Shown here: positions 13,649 through 25,184 of the stretch, piece by piece
Layout: the number at the start of each line of letters is the position of its first letter
How positions within the stretch are numbered: the stretch's first letter is position 1
Assembly (NCBI RefSeq): GCF_001194135.2
Contig: NC_068981.1
Span: forward strand, 56,546,184 to 56,610,183
Reading direction: 5' to 3'
DNA: 64,000 nucleotides
DNA from: Octopus bimaculoides
Taxonomy: Eukaryota
Translations under genes and position numbers: made by a program
Notes under the pieces: model-generated
Databases searched by the model: none
What the model saw: the letters and a program-made list of their open reading frames with translations, nothing else
Told to the model about the DNA's origin: nothing

Positions 13649-14169
13649 TATTCCACTCTTCACGGAAAGTTCACTGTATCCCTTTTCACTTTTGTCTATA
13701 TATTTCAATTCTTGCCGACACAGAGCTATCAGATTATTCCCTGATTATATATATATATATATGGAGTTAAACGCAGGTGTTATTCAAATTCTTTTACTTC
13801 CGACATATGTTTCGAAGACAACATTGGTATTATTCCAAAGGAATAAAATTGTGTAAATCTATGTGATCTTCTCATCAGAGGAAGAAAGAAAGAAACCAAA
13901 CTCATCAATAAGACATTTTAACAGAATGTAATGGATGTGTATAATGATGAACGGAACACTATTAAATTATTTTTTAAAAACCGTTAGAAGATATAACGTC
14001 AAAGGTAGCCAATAGAAAGAGAAGGGGTAAAGGAAAGAAATAAGCAGAAAACTAATAAAGGAGAAACATAGAGCGATATGTGAATTAAAATAAAAGCTTA
14101 AAGGCTTGGAATTAGATATATCTTATATCTTATGACACAGCTACACTGTAAGACATGTTTATTAATTTC

Positions 14170-15130
14170 ATGAGATAATTAGAGGAGAATTGAAGGCCCT
14201 CAATGACTGGATGGACTGATGAGGTTGATGCTCTACTTGAACACATGAAGAGAAAATATTAGCAGACGCAGTGACACTCCAAAGTGTTTGCCGTTGTGGT
14301 AAGAAATGATTTGGTGAAGTATTTATTGCAGTGGTCAGGAGGCTAGACACTAAGGCTGATGGATTGAAGGGAAAGTAGGACGTGCATGGTGCATGGCGTT
14401 CTAATTCACAAGAGTAGTCCAAAGTTTTACTCTATGTACATCCCAACACCAATGTCTTGTCTGGTATATGTTAGTAGTGCTTCAACTTTCATTTTAGCTT
14501 TATTGATGTAAATTCTTAGCAAGTAGAAATTATCATCATATAATTTTGATAATCTTCTATAACTGAATCTCAATTAGATGCTCTCAAACTCATTAAGTCT
14601 TACTAATGTAGCGACAGTGGTTTAGTTGCGCTTTATTACAACTAGAGAGTGAGACGCACAAGGTAGTACGTTCTTTAGTAGTTATATAATCGTAAGTCAT
14701 GTTTGAGATAATTCACTTGTGAAGGAGATTAAGGAGAAATGACGGGTTGTAGTGTTTTTTATAGAGTGGATGTTATTAGAACTGGTAGTGCGTAGGATAG
14801 AGAGCAATGTACAAGAAGAAAAATGGTTGAAAAACTTTGAATCTAGGGGTACATCACAATTACTGTTTTATGAGCTTCAGTAGCTTGTGCTGCACTGTGC
14901 TTTAGGACAGGAATATTCGTATTAAATAAATGGCGATTGGACAGAGGCCATAGGAGTAGATTTTAGCTAAGCTGTTTTCGTGGCAACTAGATACAGTCGA
15001 AAGTTTTGCTGGTGTCAAGCACAACAAATTTTCTTTTGCAAGAGGATGAATAACCACCATCTAACAAATAAGCTACAGATCATATTAGCTCTTAACACAC
15101 ATATGTAAAGCTGATGAATGATTAATCTTG
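14170..15130 (-). mobile_element. CR1/L2-group LINE RT and 3' remnant
   Basis: Degenerate motifs in the expected order: LDTSKTF (compare LDISKAF), KIYSYGL...IFLS, a VPQGSVL-like segment, KYFTKSFLTTTANT near the 3' end. Confidence 0.55.
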
Positions 15131-15489
15131 TAAAACAAATATTTAATATTTGTTTCTTATATCATATTTAACACTTATTTCTGGAATAATATCTCTTCTG
15201 GCATTCAAAATTTAAAATAGCCTCACAGTTTTCTGACTCTACATGTAAGTCAAAACGTATGTGAATAATATGTGACTAATATCAGTTAGTCACAGTTTAT
15301 TCAATATTATGTATGCGTTGACGTATTGAGAAAGCCATACGATATGTTTTATATATGCAATATACTGTGATTTATTTCTTTAGAGTATGATTTCCAATTC
15401 AAACTTTATTTGCAATTTGTAGTTCGTTTCAGTCTGATAATTTTCGTTAACTGTTAAACGACTTACTTCAACTAATACCTATTTCTGCT

Positions 15490-16130
15490 AGATAGGGTTT
15501 CTCTGCGTCCAAATTTTTACATTCTTATTTTCAATTTTAACGAGTTTTAATTTGATGTTGTTTTGCTATAATTTCAATCCCCGCACTTTACCTGTTTCCT
15601 TGTTAATAAAAACAACAGTGAAAACCTTTAAGAAGAAACAAAACGCATTAAAAATCCTTGTCCAAAAATTGAGAAATAATTCAGAATACAGAGGGAATGT
15701 AGTATTAAAATCTTTAGATAATTCTTAACTTGAAGCAAAAAAAAAAAAAAAAATGTTTTCTTCTGTTGTGAATGCATTCACTATTCACCTTTGAACAAAA
15801 AGAAATATATTATTGCGAATAGAAAACACAAAGGGTGAAATTAGAATTTCTAGATTAGTTTAAAAATCACTATATCTGATGTGGGAATGTTCACTGTTGT
15901 CATAGTTCCTTCCATCTAAAACACACCTTACATTCATATATATTTTTCTATTTATAAGGCAGAAAGTTTAACCTCCGGTTATGAAGCTAATACTTGAAGC
16001 ATAATTCTATTGTTTGCTAATAATGAAGATTATATGATGTCGACAGAGGAAATCAACAACAGATACCCAATGGAATTGGTACCGAATTGATTTTATATTT
16101 TATATCCCTTGATCATAAACATTGTTGATA
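15490..16130. repeat. Tandem segmental duplication, copy 1
   Basis: 16013-16108 matches 17775-17870 at 94 of 96 nt. Weaker similarity continues several hundred bp upstream. Confidence 0.85.
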
Positions 16131-16325
16131 AATTAAAATTAATTAATTATTATTGCACTGAATGGCAAATACGTAAAAATTTTAAATATATTTGAAAATA
16201 AACCGAACGTTTTTTTTTTTCCTGCCGAAACTTTGCGACTTGAACAAATGTAAACAGATGTCTGTTGTTATCTCATTTGGGGGAATTGACTTGTTTCGAA
16301 CTTAATAGGATTCTTCATCAGAAGC

Positions 16326-16369
<44 letters not shown>

Positions 16370-16374
16370 GTCAA

Positions 16375-16460
16375 AAAAACCTTGTTAGGCCCCAGGCTGC
16401 AGTGGGACTGAACCCGAGACTATGTGATTTGGAAGTAAGTTCCTTACCGCACAGCTACGT
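16375..16460 (-). mobile_element. tRNA-derived SINE head fragment
   Basis: Minus strand GTAGCTGTGCGGTAAGGAACTTACTTCCAAATCACATAGTCTCGGGTTCAGTCCCACTGCAG with A/B-box-like segments. Confidence 0.55.
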
Positions 16461-16680
16461 TTGGATAAATATATAAAACAGAGCTAATAGTGACGGATTA
16501 TCAATCCGGGCAAAATATTTCATAAGCTCTCTGTTGGTGCATGAGGCTAATAGTGTTGTTTAGATTAAGGAAGAACTCCAAGTATTCTCATGGCAGAGTC
16601 CGAGTTTATGATTCATCACAGTTCGATGTTGTAAATCCGTGGTTAGGCTCCAGTTAAACTTATTTTTACACAGAGTAATA

Positions 16681-16875
16681 TATAAGACAAGATATAAATA
16701 ATGGTCATTACATATTTTTCTGTATAAGAGTGAATTTGACTTATAGCTGTTTCAATAGACCAATCGATAAATCTATCAGTAATGTACCCATAATGGCTAC
16801 TGGAAATAACAGTAAGCCAGATTTACTCTAAAAAACAAAAATATGTAATGACCATTATTTATATCTTGTCTTATA
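16681..16875. mobile_element. MITE with 39-bp perfect terminal inverted repeats
   Basis: TATAAGACAAGATATAAATAATGGTCATTACATATTTTT (16681-16719) is the exact reverse complement of 16837-16875. Ends in TA (Tc1/mariner-like). Confidence 0.75.
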
Positions 16876-17239
16876 AAGTTATTAATAGTCACTGAATATG
16901 GTACCTGAGTAAATCTACCTGTGTGTTTTGCATCTATAGTGCTTTTCTGACCAGTTATTCAACTATTATCACATTAAAAAGCGTGTATGATAATTTGATA
17001 ATCCTAAATCTGCATGAAGTTAAATCTGATAAACCTAACCTTTTCTTTCACTTGAACAGTAAGACTTAGACAAATAGAAGCAAATATCTGCTGTTATCTC
17101 TTCCAGAGGCATAAAAAAGTAAGCAACCAGTGACAAACCTCATAACGTAACAACGACACATACTATTAACAATCCTCAGAAATTTTGTATAAAATATGAG
17201 TCACTTTCTTACAATTTTACAATTTTTACTATAGATTAA

Positions 17240-17885
17240 ATGATAGATGGATATATTTCTCTTCAGCCAAAATTGATGAGAGTTTTAATTGTTATAATTA
17301 ATCAAGTTTTATATTTAATCGAGTCAAGGGTTGAACCAAGCTTTGTCTACTCTAATTTCAGACCTGATGTTTTACCAGTCTACCTGATAATAGAAACAAT
17401 GCCGAAAATCTTAAAAAAAAGAAGTAAAGCACATTTTGAATTCTTCTTTTAAATTTGTGGAGCGATATATTGCAGATTAAAATCTTCGAAACAATATATA
17501 ACAAGAAACCAACAAAAGCTGATTTTGTCTGCTATCAAGGAATTCACCTCTAAATGGAAAGAAATACAGCACTATGAGCTGAAAGAAGAATATGGAAAAT
17601 TATAATTTTTCGATTAGTTTATAAGTCACATTTCCTGGCTTGGGAATATTCACAGTTGCCATAGTTCCCTCTATCTAAAACACACCTTACATTTATTTAT
17701 TTTCCTATTGATGAGGCAGAAAGACTTACCTCCGGATATGAAGTTAATTCTTACAGCATAATTCTATTCTATTCTTTGCTAATAATGAAGATTATATGAC
17801 GTCGACAGAGGAAATCAACAATAGATACCCAATGGAATTGGTACCGAATTGATTTTATATTTTATATCCCCTGATTATAAAGGTA
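17240..17885. repeat. Tandem segmental duplication, copy 2
   Basis: See copy 1. Offset 1762 bp in the core block. Confidence 0.85.
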
Positions 17886-17922
17886 TTTGATGAACAAAAA
17901 TTAATCTCACTGATATAATTTT

Positions 17923-17956
<34 letters not shown>

Positions 17957-18532
17957 NNNNNNNNNNNNNNNNNNNNNNNNNNNNNNNNNNNNNNNNNNNN
18001 NNNNNNNNNNNNNNNNNNNNNNNNNNNNNNNNNNNNNNNNNNNNNNNNNNNNNNNNNNNNNNNNATATATATGCATGTATATATATATATATATTAAATG
18101 ATGGATAAATATTTTGTTCGGTAAAATTTGACACAAATAAACGCAACGTATAACACCAGCATTTCTGCTCTGTATCATTGTTTGTTTGTTTTTTAATGAT
18201 AATAATAATTGATAGCCTGGAGAGCAAAAAATATTTTTCTTCGAAGTTTTCAAATTTTGTGGTCTCTGAAATGTTTCATATAACTTTATCTATAAGATGA
18301 ATAAAATACTTCAATTACATTAAAATTTATTTCATGTTCCGTATAATCTAGAAGTTTAAATTGCAATTGTTTACTGAAATTACTGTCGTTTATTAAAGAG
18401 AAAGTAAGAAATGGATATAATAGCATATAAAATTCAGTTATTGATATGGTTAGCACATAAACATCATGGTAAACTTCAGTGAAGCAGTGTCACCCAATAA
18501 AATATGTTATAATAATATTTATTCTTTTTTAT

Positions 18533-18718
18533 TCTAGGAACGAGGCTTGAAATTTTGGGGGAGGGGGCTAGTCAATTAGACCGATCCGCAGTACGCAACT
18601 GGTACTTAATTTATCGACCCGAAAGGATAAAAGGCAAAGTCGACCTCGGCGGAATTTGAACTCAGAACGTAAAGACAGACAAAATACCGCTAAGTATTTC
18701 GTCCGGCGTGCTAACATT
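18533..18718 (-). mobile_element. tRNA-head SINE (same family as 6609-6820), 5' end clipped
   Basis: Near-identical central domain and tail. Abuts the next SINE. Confidence 0.9.
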
Positions 18719-18904
18719 TCTTATACTTCATTGCCCACAAGGGGCTAAACATAGAGGGGACAAACAAGGAGAGACAAAGGGATTAAATCGATTACATCGA
18801 CCCCAGTGCGTAACTGGTACTTAATTTATCGACCTCGAAAGGATGAAAGGCAAAGGCGACCTCGGCGGAATTTAAACTCAGAACGTAACGGCAGACGAAA
18901 TACT
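18719..18904 (-). mobile_element. SINE with the same central domain but a Tx1/L1-like 3' tail
   Basis: Central domain as in 6609-6820. 3' tail TTGTCCCCTCTATGTTTAGCCCCTTGTGGGCAATGAAG matches the LINE 3' end at 20367-20403. Confidence 0.85.
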
Positions 18905-19289
18905 GATGTCTTTATTACCTAAAAAAAGGCTATACAAAGAGTTTTTATAGTACATCACAAAACACATGAAGACAGTACAAAATGCAACAAACACAAAATC
19001 GGGGAACTAAAAATTAAAAAAGCGAATGATAACAATAGAAGAAAAATTAAAATAAAATGATAATATGCAAGAATGAAAAAATGAGGCGCAATGTCCACTC
19101 GACCCCCGCATCAGGTGGTTACATTTATCCAGTTTTTCACTTTTACTTTAACAATTTTGCAACTCAAAATTTTGAAATATTCTCGTTACTTTTCTCTCAT
19201 TAATCACTGTTACTTCCGTCTTTATCAACTGTAAATAATCAGTTCTAGGGGATGGTGCCTCCACCAACCAAACTCGTTTCGTTCTTACA

Positions 19290-20408
19290 ACGGGGCCGAG
19301 GTATCGAGCAGGGTGACCCACATAGTCAAGACCTGGTCTTGGCAGTGGCTATCCCTGAAAGGGAGGGCGGAGGTAGCCAATGTATTCATCGCATCGGCCA
19401 TCATCTACCGCCTAACCGTCGTTCCTTGCCCTGATTCGTGGTTGATTAAGCTGGAAAGACAGCTCTTCCGCTTTTTGTGGAAGTGCTCGAAACCGCTTGT
19501 GAGACGCTCTATTTACTGCCAACAACCATTAAAGGGTGGACTTGGGATGTCTTGGCTGTTGATGCGCAGACATGCGCTGAGGTTGAGGCATCTTTGGCTC
19601 TACCTGGATGGTGAACGGGTGTGGTCTCCGCTGGCGAAACAGATGCTTCCCAAGTTCACTAGTTTCAGTGGATGGAAAACCTGGTTGAATCGAAGATCGA
19701 AGTTGAGTACATGGTATACGGAGTGTCGCAAGGCACTCCTGCAATTCCGTCGCTCGGGTAATGCCTGCGGTGGGGGTTCCACCGCATTCTTCTATAGAGG
19801 GCTTGTAGAGGCGAAATGTGATGATCCCTTAGGGAAAACCCTAGGTCTCGACGATAATCAACTGGCCAGTCTGTTCCGACGTACATTCGAGCTAAAGACC
19901 CTGGATAACTTTCAGAAGTCTCTGGCATGACATTGTTACCGAGAAGCCTTACCTGTTCGGGACAAACTCGCTATTGTACAATGTTCGGAGGTGTCAGTTG
20001 TGTGGGTATGTGCTGAACAACTGTTGTCAGGTACAGGAAGACTACAGCTATCGACTGAGTCTATAGTAAAAATTAACCTCTCGAAAGACGGTAAGATTTG
20101 TTTTCTCACTGTGGGAGCAATTGCGAGAGAGGTAATTTGGAGAACGAGGATGAAAGGGTTAAAGTCGGGCATTTTCATCTCTGGCTCTGCATTGGTGAAT
20201 TATTTCATCTTCCATCTTAAAAGGAAAATAGAGCTAGAGATGAAATGCTGACTGCGAAAACGTTTGAGAGTCGATGGAAGAATGTAGCGCGAATGTTTTA
20301 TTTATTTTATTGTGTTAAATTTTTGTTCTTTCATCCGTTTTTTCTGACCCCAAAAATCAGAATGTATTGTCCCCTCTATGTTGGCCCCTTGTGGGAAATA
20401 AAGAAAAT
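19290..20408 (+). mobile_element. 5'-truncated Tx1/L1-clade LINE (ORF2 C-terminus + 3' UTR) with 20-bp TSD
   Basis: 205-aa ORF LSLKGRAEVANVFIAS...FRFLWK...GGLGM, then WxCYRxALPVRDKL and the C-terminal region. TSD AAACTCGTTTCGTTCTTACA at 19270-19289 and 20409-20428. A-rich end. Confidence 0.9.
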
Positions 20409-20685
20409 AAACTCGTTTCGTTCTTACATTCTCATCAAATTCTTTTATGTACTCCCAGTAGTTTTCCTCATGTATCAAAATGCATTTCTCAGCACAAGTT
20501 TCCGGCACTTTCACTCTTATTATTTCCTTCAACTTCACGATCTTTCTGTCAATCTCCTCGTTCTCGTATTTTATCAAAACCCCTTTGTATTTCACATCTT
20601 TATCCGTTCTCTTCTCCTCTTGTACATTATTAGTTTCTGGCTTTCCTACCTCTTTTTTATTCTCTGTTGACCGTTCCTTTGACTT

Positions 20686-20749
20686 ATGGCCTCTCTCCCA
20701 CATGGCCTCTCTCCCACATGGCCTCTCTCCCACATGGCCTCTCTCCCAC
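20686..20749. repeat. 4 x 16-bp tandem repeat ATGGCCTCTCTCCCAC
   Basis: Four exact units read directly. They duplicate the GERGH part of the ORF1 zinc knuckle. Confidence 0.95.
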
Positions 20750-21299
20750 ATATGTAACAGTTTGGCTGTCTTCCTTCAACTACGACATTTAATGTCCTCT
20801 CGTCCTCTACTTCAATCTATGTCCTCGAATGTGGCGAAAAGTCACATTTCGAATCCAAATCCCCATCAGTTGCGCATGTTTGTTTCTGCTACTGGTCCCA
20901 ATTCCGGATCCTCCTTGGTTGCAGCCAGAACTGTTACAACCAACCACTCCGGTTTAATTTTCTGGTAGCACTCTCGGAATACGTTTTCTCACACTTCTTC
21001 CTCTATAACTTGGTAGTAATGCTATTTTTTGTGTTTTTAAAATAGTGGTCGCATGCTTGGTTGCCTCTTCTATGGTGACAAACCTCACCTCAACCGTACC
21101 GAACTTTCTTCCTCTGCTGATGTACGTAGCTTCATTCACAATTTCACCCAGGCACTCCTCGATTTCCTCTTCCGTCACCATTTCAATTTTACTGGTCTCG
21201 ACAGCCTGTGCACGATACACAACTGTCCTCATAATTTTATCTTCCTTGGTCTTTTTGGAGTGGGGGACAATTTGTATGAATCTCCCTCAAATTCCTGCT

Positions 21300-23415
21300 T
21301 CTGCCCACAGTTTGAATTCGTCAACTACACAGACTACACATTTATGATCTGTACGGTTGACCTAGATAGGCTCTATAGGTAAGGATCCGGATACTGGAAA
21401 CCGAACGCATCCTTCCCTGTGCGTCAACCTTTCAGAGACCGGCTTAGAAAGTTAGTCCATCGAAAATTAACGAGTGTAGTGGTCAACAACCGATGGTGGT
21501 GGTGGGGGCCTAAAATGGACAATTAGACAAGAAGCTGTAGAATTTAGCAGAGAACTAGCGGTAGAGAAGACAAGAGTAGAGGATGACCGAGTTAGGAAAT
21601 TAGAAGAGGCACTCAGTAGAAGCATAGCGAGCTACATGCTGGCAGCTAGATTAGTTCTGAACCAATTCTTCAACACCAAGCATGACGGTTGCATTGTCAG
21701 AGCTAGGGCTCGTACTCGAAAGCATGAGTAAACGAAAGCCGCTCGATGGGTTCGGGTGGCCGAGGTGCAAAGTGGTAATAAAGCTACAATTCGGTCTTTG
21801 AGGGGTCGAGACGGGCGCATGCTACACGAGTCGAAGCAGGTTTGTGCAGAATTTCAGCGGCACTTTGCTGAACTGTACGGGGCACGCGGTGATCCGGAGG
21901 TGAACTTCACTTCCTACCTTGATGGTATGCTGCGACTTTCGACTAGTGAGGAGGAGTTCTGCGAAATGCCAATAACAGCTGAAGATATACGTGACGCGTT
22001 GGCGAGTTGCACGGGAAGAGGTCTCCGGGATTGGATGGTCTTCCCTTCGAGCTTTATATACATAAGCCAGACTTTTTTGGTGAGCTTTTGGGAGACGTCT
22101 ACCGCAACTGATAGCAGAATGGGAGATTACCCGGATCTGTGAGCCGGGGTGTGGTGACGCTACTGAGAAAGGTTCCGAATCAAAGGGAACATTCTTGATA
22201 TCTTTAGGCCGGTAACTCTGCTAAATACAGATTACAAAATTTTGACCAAGGTGTTAGCAAAGAGGTTGGCGCTTGTTATTGACAGACTGGTAGGTGATGC
22301 GCAGACTTGCGCTCTCCTCAGCAGAACTATACACGACAACCTCCACCTCACGTGATCCAACATTGAAAGGGTTGGTAAAGAACCTGGCATGGGTAGTGCC
22401 TTGATCCATTTTGATCAATCAAAAGCTTTTGATAGGGTCGACCATCTGTACTTGGAGGCTGTCCTCAAGGCGTCTGGTTTCAGTCCGGTTTTCAGAGGCT
22501 AAATCGCTGCAATGTACAGCGATATCTATTCGGTGGTCAAAGTAAATGGTCACCTCACGGAATTGTTTGGTATCACACGTTCGGTCCATCAAGGATGCTC
22601 ACTCACACCCCTTCTCTACGTACTGGCGCTCAAGCCATTACTGCGGAAGCTGGCGGTTTCGAGGGGAATCCTGTGTGAACTGGGATGTGGAAGGTTCATG
22701 TTGGCGTATACGGACGACATCACCGTGATAGTTTCGACATCTCGGAAATGGAGATGGTCGGCACTACCCTGAGGGAATATGAAGCGGTGACAGGAGCAAT
22801 GATCAATCAGGAGAAGTCAGTGGGCCTGCAGCTCGGCACCTAGAGACGCAGGCTCATGCCAACCGATAGCGTAGTGGGCACTGGACGGAAGGACCTGTTA
22901 AGTTGCTCGGGGTCTGGTTCGGTCCGAATCTCCAAGTGGACAAGAACTGAGGCTAGTTGACAGAGAGGGTGGCCAGTCTCACCAAGAAATGGGCCTAGAG
23001 GAAACTGTCCTTGAAAGGTCAGGTGGAGGTGGCGAATACATACATCGCATCCGTCATATACTACCGCCTGACTGTCGTCCCTTGCCCCGTTTCGTGGTTG
23101 AACGGGCTGGAGAATTTGCTCTTCTGCTTCCTGTGGAAGGGACAAGTACACTTGTTAGATGGTCCACCCGTTGCATGGAGTACTAGGCATTCCGTGGCTT
23201 GCGATCCGTTGAGGCTGCGACATTCCGTGGTTTAGTATATGCGTTGAGACTGCGAAATCTCTAGCGATACCTTAACGGTGAGTAGATGTGGTCGCTGTTT
23301 GTTGAACGCGCTTTTCCGAAGCTCGTCTCCTTGACGGAGCTACAGTCCTGGATCAGGCGTAGACCGACGCAGGGTGCTTGGCAGTTGGAGGCAGGGTGCT
23401 TGGCACTTGGAGTGT
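21300..23415 (+). mobile_element. Tx1/L1-clade ORF2 remnant (endonuclease end + RT)
   Basis: YTDY/GYWK-like EN end, SPGLDGLP, FRPVTLLNTDYKILTKVLAKRL, DQSKAFDRVDH, VHQGCSLTPLLY, AYTDDI, LSLKGQVEVANTYIAS. Several stops and frameshifts. Confidence 0.9.
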
Positions 23416-23960
23416 CTCACAGCCTTCGCCCAGGGTATTTTGTTGGGTATTTCTAAAGTTTCCAGATGTTTTTTCAGGTTGAGTAGTATTAAGCCTAATG
23501 CTCCGATTACAATAGGGACAGACTTTATGTTTGATTCTCGGAGCTATCACATCTTGGCAATTTTAATTCCAAGGTTTCCATATTTATCAATCTTTTCTCT
23601 TTCTTCCATGATAATATGTTGATCTCCTGGCATTGCCACATCGATTATCAAGCACTCGTGTTTGTATCTCCTAAAGGTTGCTATATCCAGCATTCGGTGC
23701 TCTACCACCTTGTCCGACTGGAAGTCAAAGTCCCAGAGGATTTTTGCCTTCTCCTTTTCGTTCATTACCTTTTCCGGTGTATGTTGGTACCAAGCACCCA
23801 TTACCTCTTATTCATACTTCTGCCATTGTAGCCAGGGAAGGTTTTGGGTACCTTGTCGTGTTGCGCTTGTACTCTTTCTGCGCAAGATTTTTCTGCGCAT
23901 GATCTTTCTTTTGTGGTTGGGTCATTGATGACCTCTTTCTAGCATACTGGATGTCCACCT
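23415..23960 (-). mobile_element. R4/Dong-like REL endonuclease fragment
   Basis: WYQHTPEKV...KILWDFDFQSDKVVEHRMLDI...LIIDVAMPGD...EKIDKY...VPIVIGALG. Confidence 0.85.
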
Positions 23961-23983
23961 AGTGATCATCCCTTCTTATACGC

Positions 23984-24029
<46 letters not shown>

Positions 24030-24744
24030 NNNNNNNNNNNNNNNNNNNNNNNNNNNNNNNNNNNNNNNNNNNNNNNNNNNNNNNNNNNNNNNNNNNNNNN
24101 NNNNNNNNNNNNNNNNNNNNNNNNNNNNNNNNNNNNNNNNNNNNNNNNNNNNNNNNNNNNNNNNNNNNNNNNNNNNNNNNNNNNNNNNNNNNNNNNNNNN
24201 NNNNNNNNNNNNNNNNNNNNNNNNNNNNNNNNNNNNNNNNNNNNNNNNNNNNNNNNNNNNNNNNNNNNNNNNNNNNNNNNNNNNNNNNNNNNNNNNNNNN
24301 NNNNNNNNNNNNNNNNNNNNNNNNNNNNNNNNNNNNNNNNNNNNNNNNNNNNNNNNNNNNNNNNNNNNNNNNNNNNNNNNNNNNNNNNNNNNNNNNNNNN
24401 NNNNNNNNNNNNNNNNNNNNNNNNNNNNNNNNNNNNNNNNNNNNNNNNNNNNNNNNNNNNNNNNNNNNNNNNNNNNNNNNNNNNNNNNNNNNNNNNNNNN
24501 NNNNNNNNNNNNNNNNNNNNNNNNNNNNNNNNNNNNNNNNNNNNNNNNNNNNNNNNNNNNNNNNNNNNNNNNNNNNNNNNNNNNNNNNNNNNNNNNNNNN
24601 NNNNNNNNNNNNNNNNNNNNNNNNNNNNNNNNNNNNNNNNNNNNNNNNNNNNNNNNNNNNNNNNNNNNNNNNNNNNNNNNNNNGTGTGTGTCTGCGTGTA
24701 TGCGCGCGCGCGTGCGTGTGTATATATGTATGTATGTATATATA

Positions 24745-25075
24745 TATAGTGACTATTTACAAAACAACAAAAGACGAAGACGAGTGTGTAAACAACAAAC
24801 AGATGTATTAGTTTAACGCTCGGGAAGTGAAAGTCTTTTAGGTTTCGAGCCTACGCTCTTCGACAAAAGGAACATAGAAATAGACAGGGAGAGAAAATAG
24901 AAAAAGGTTTAGTGGCTAGCGATCTATCATGGCGAATGCCGGACGAGGGGTCACAGAGATGTGGAAGAGGTGAAGAAAAAAAACGACGGAGGCGTTAAAA
25001 GCCATCACATCGCAAGAGTTCCAGTATTGCTTCAGATAGTGGAAAGCATAAACATGTCATAAAACTAAATGAATA
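24745..25075 (-). mobile_element. Penelope-type terminal-repeat fragment with variant hammerhead-like motif (24835-24870)
   Basis: Minus strand TTTTGTCGA-A-GAGC-GTAG-GCTC-GAAAC-CTA-AAAG. A homologous copy lies at 63830-63866. The PLE assignment is an inference from the motif. Confidence 0.45.
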
Positions 25076-25133
25076 AAGCAATATTGCAAAATTCCGGTTT
25101 CTTTTGGGTATACCCTCGTGTACATACACACAC

Positions 25134-25184
<51 letters not shown>

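Larger units (their letters stand above)
12795..13700 (-). mobile_element. Penelope-like element remnant with inverted pseudo-LTRs
   Basis: Minus ORF 12844-13218 includes FFLNRGYLPSVVDSALHRAQAINRTAALLPSSRTSTDHI (PLE RT C-terminal FLNRGYP region). Roughly 100-bp inverted repeats at about 12795-12900 and 13575-13700 each carry a hammerhead-like motif. Confidence 0.8.
19160..21290 (-). mobile_element. LINE ORF1 (L1/Tx1-like) remnant, interrupted by a nested insertion
   Basis: RRM-like segment (EATYISRGRKFGTVEVRF), CYICGERGH zinc-knuckle remnant. The frame ...ENVRTKRV|WLVEAPSPRT... becomes continuous once the 19290-20408 insertion and one TSD copy are removed. Confidence 0.6.

Noticed and set aside
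16088-16090. Shared in-frame TGA read as Trp (mitochondrial or Mycoplasma-type code, i.e. NUMT or HGT)
   Set aside because: The same frame also has a shared TAG and other stops, and no mitochondrial gene is recognisable.
20686-20749. CRISPR-like array
   Set aside because: Contiguous 16-bp units with no spacers in eukaryotic LINE sequence.
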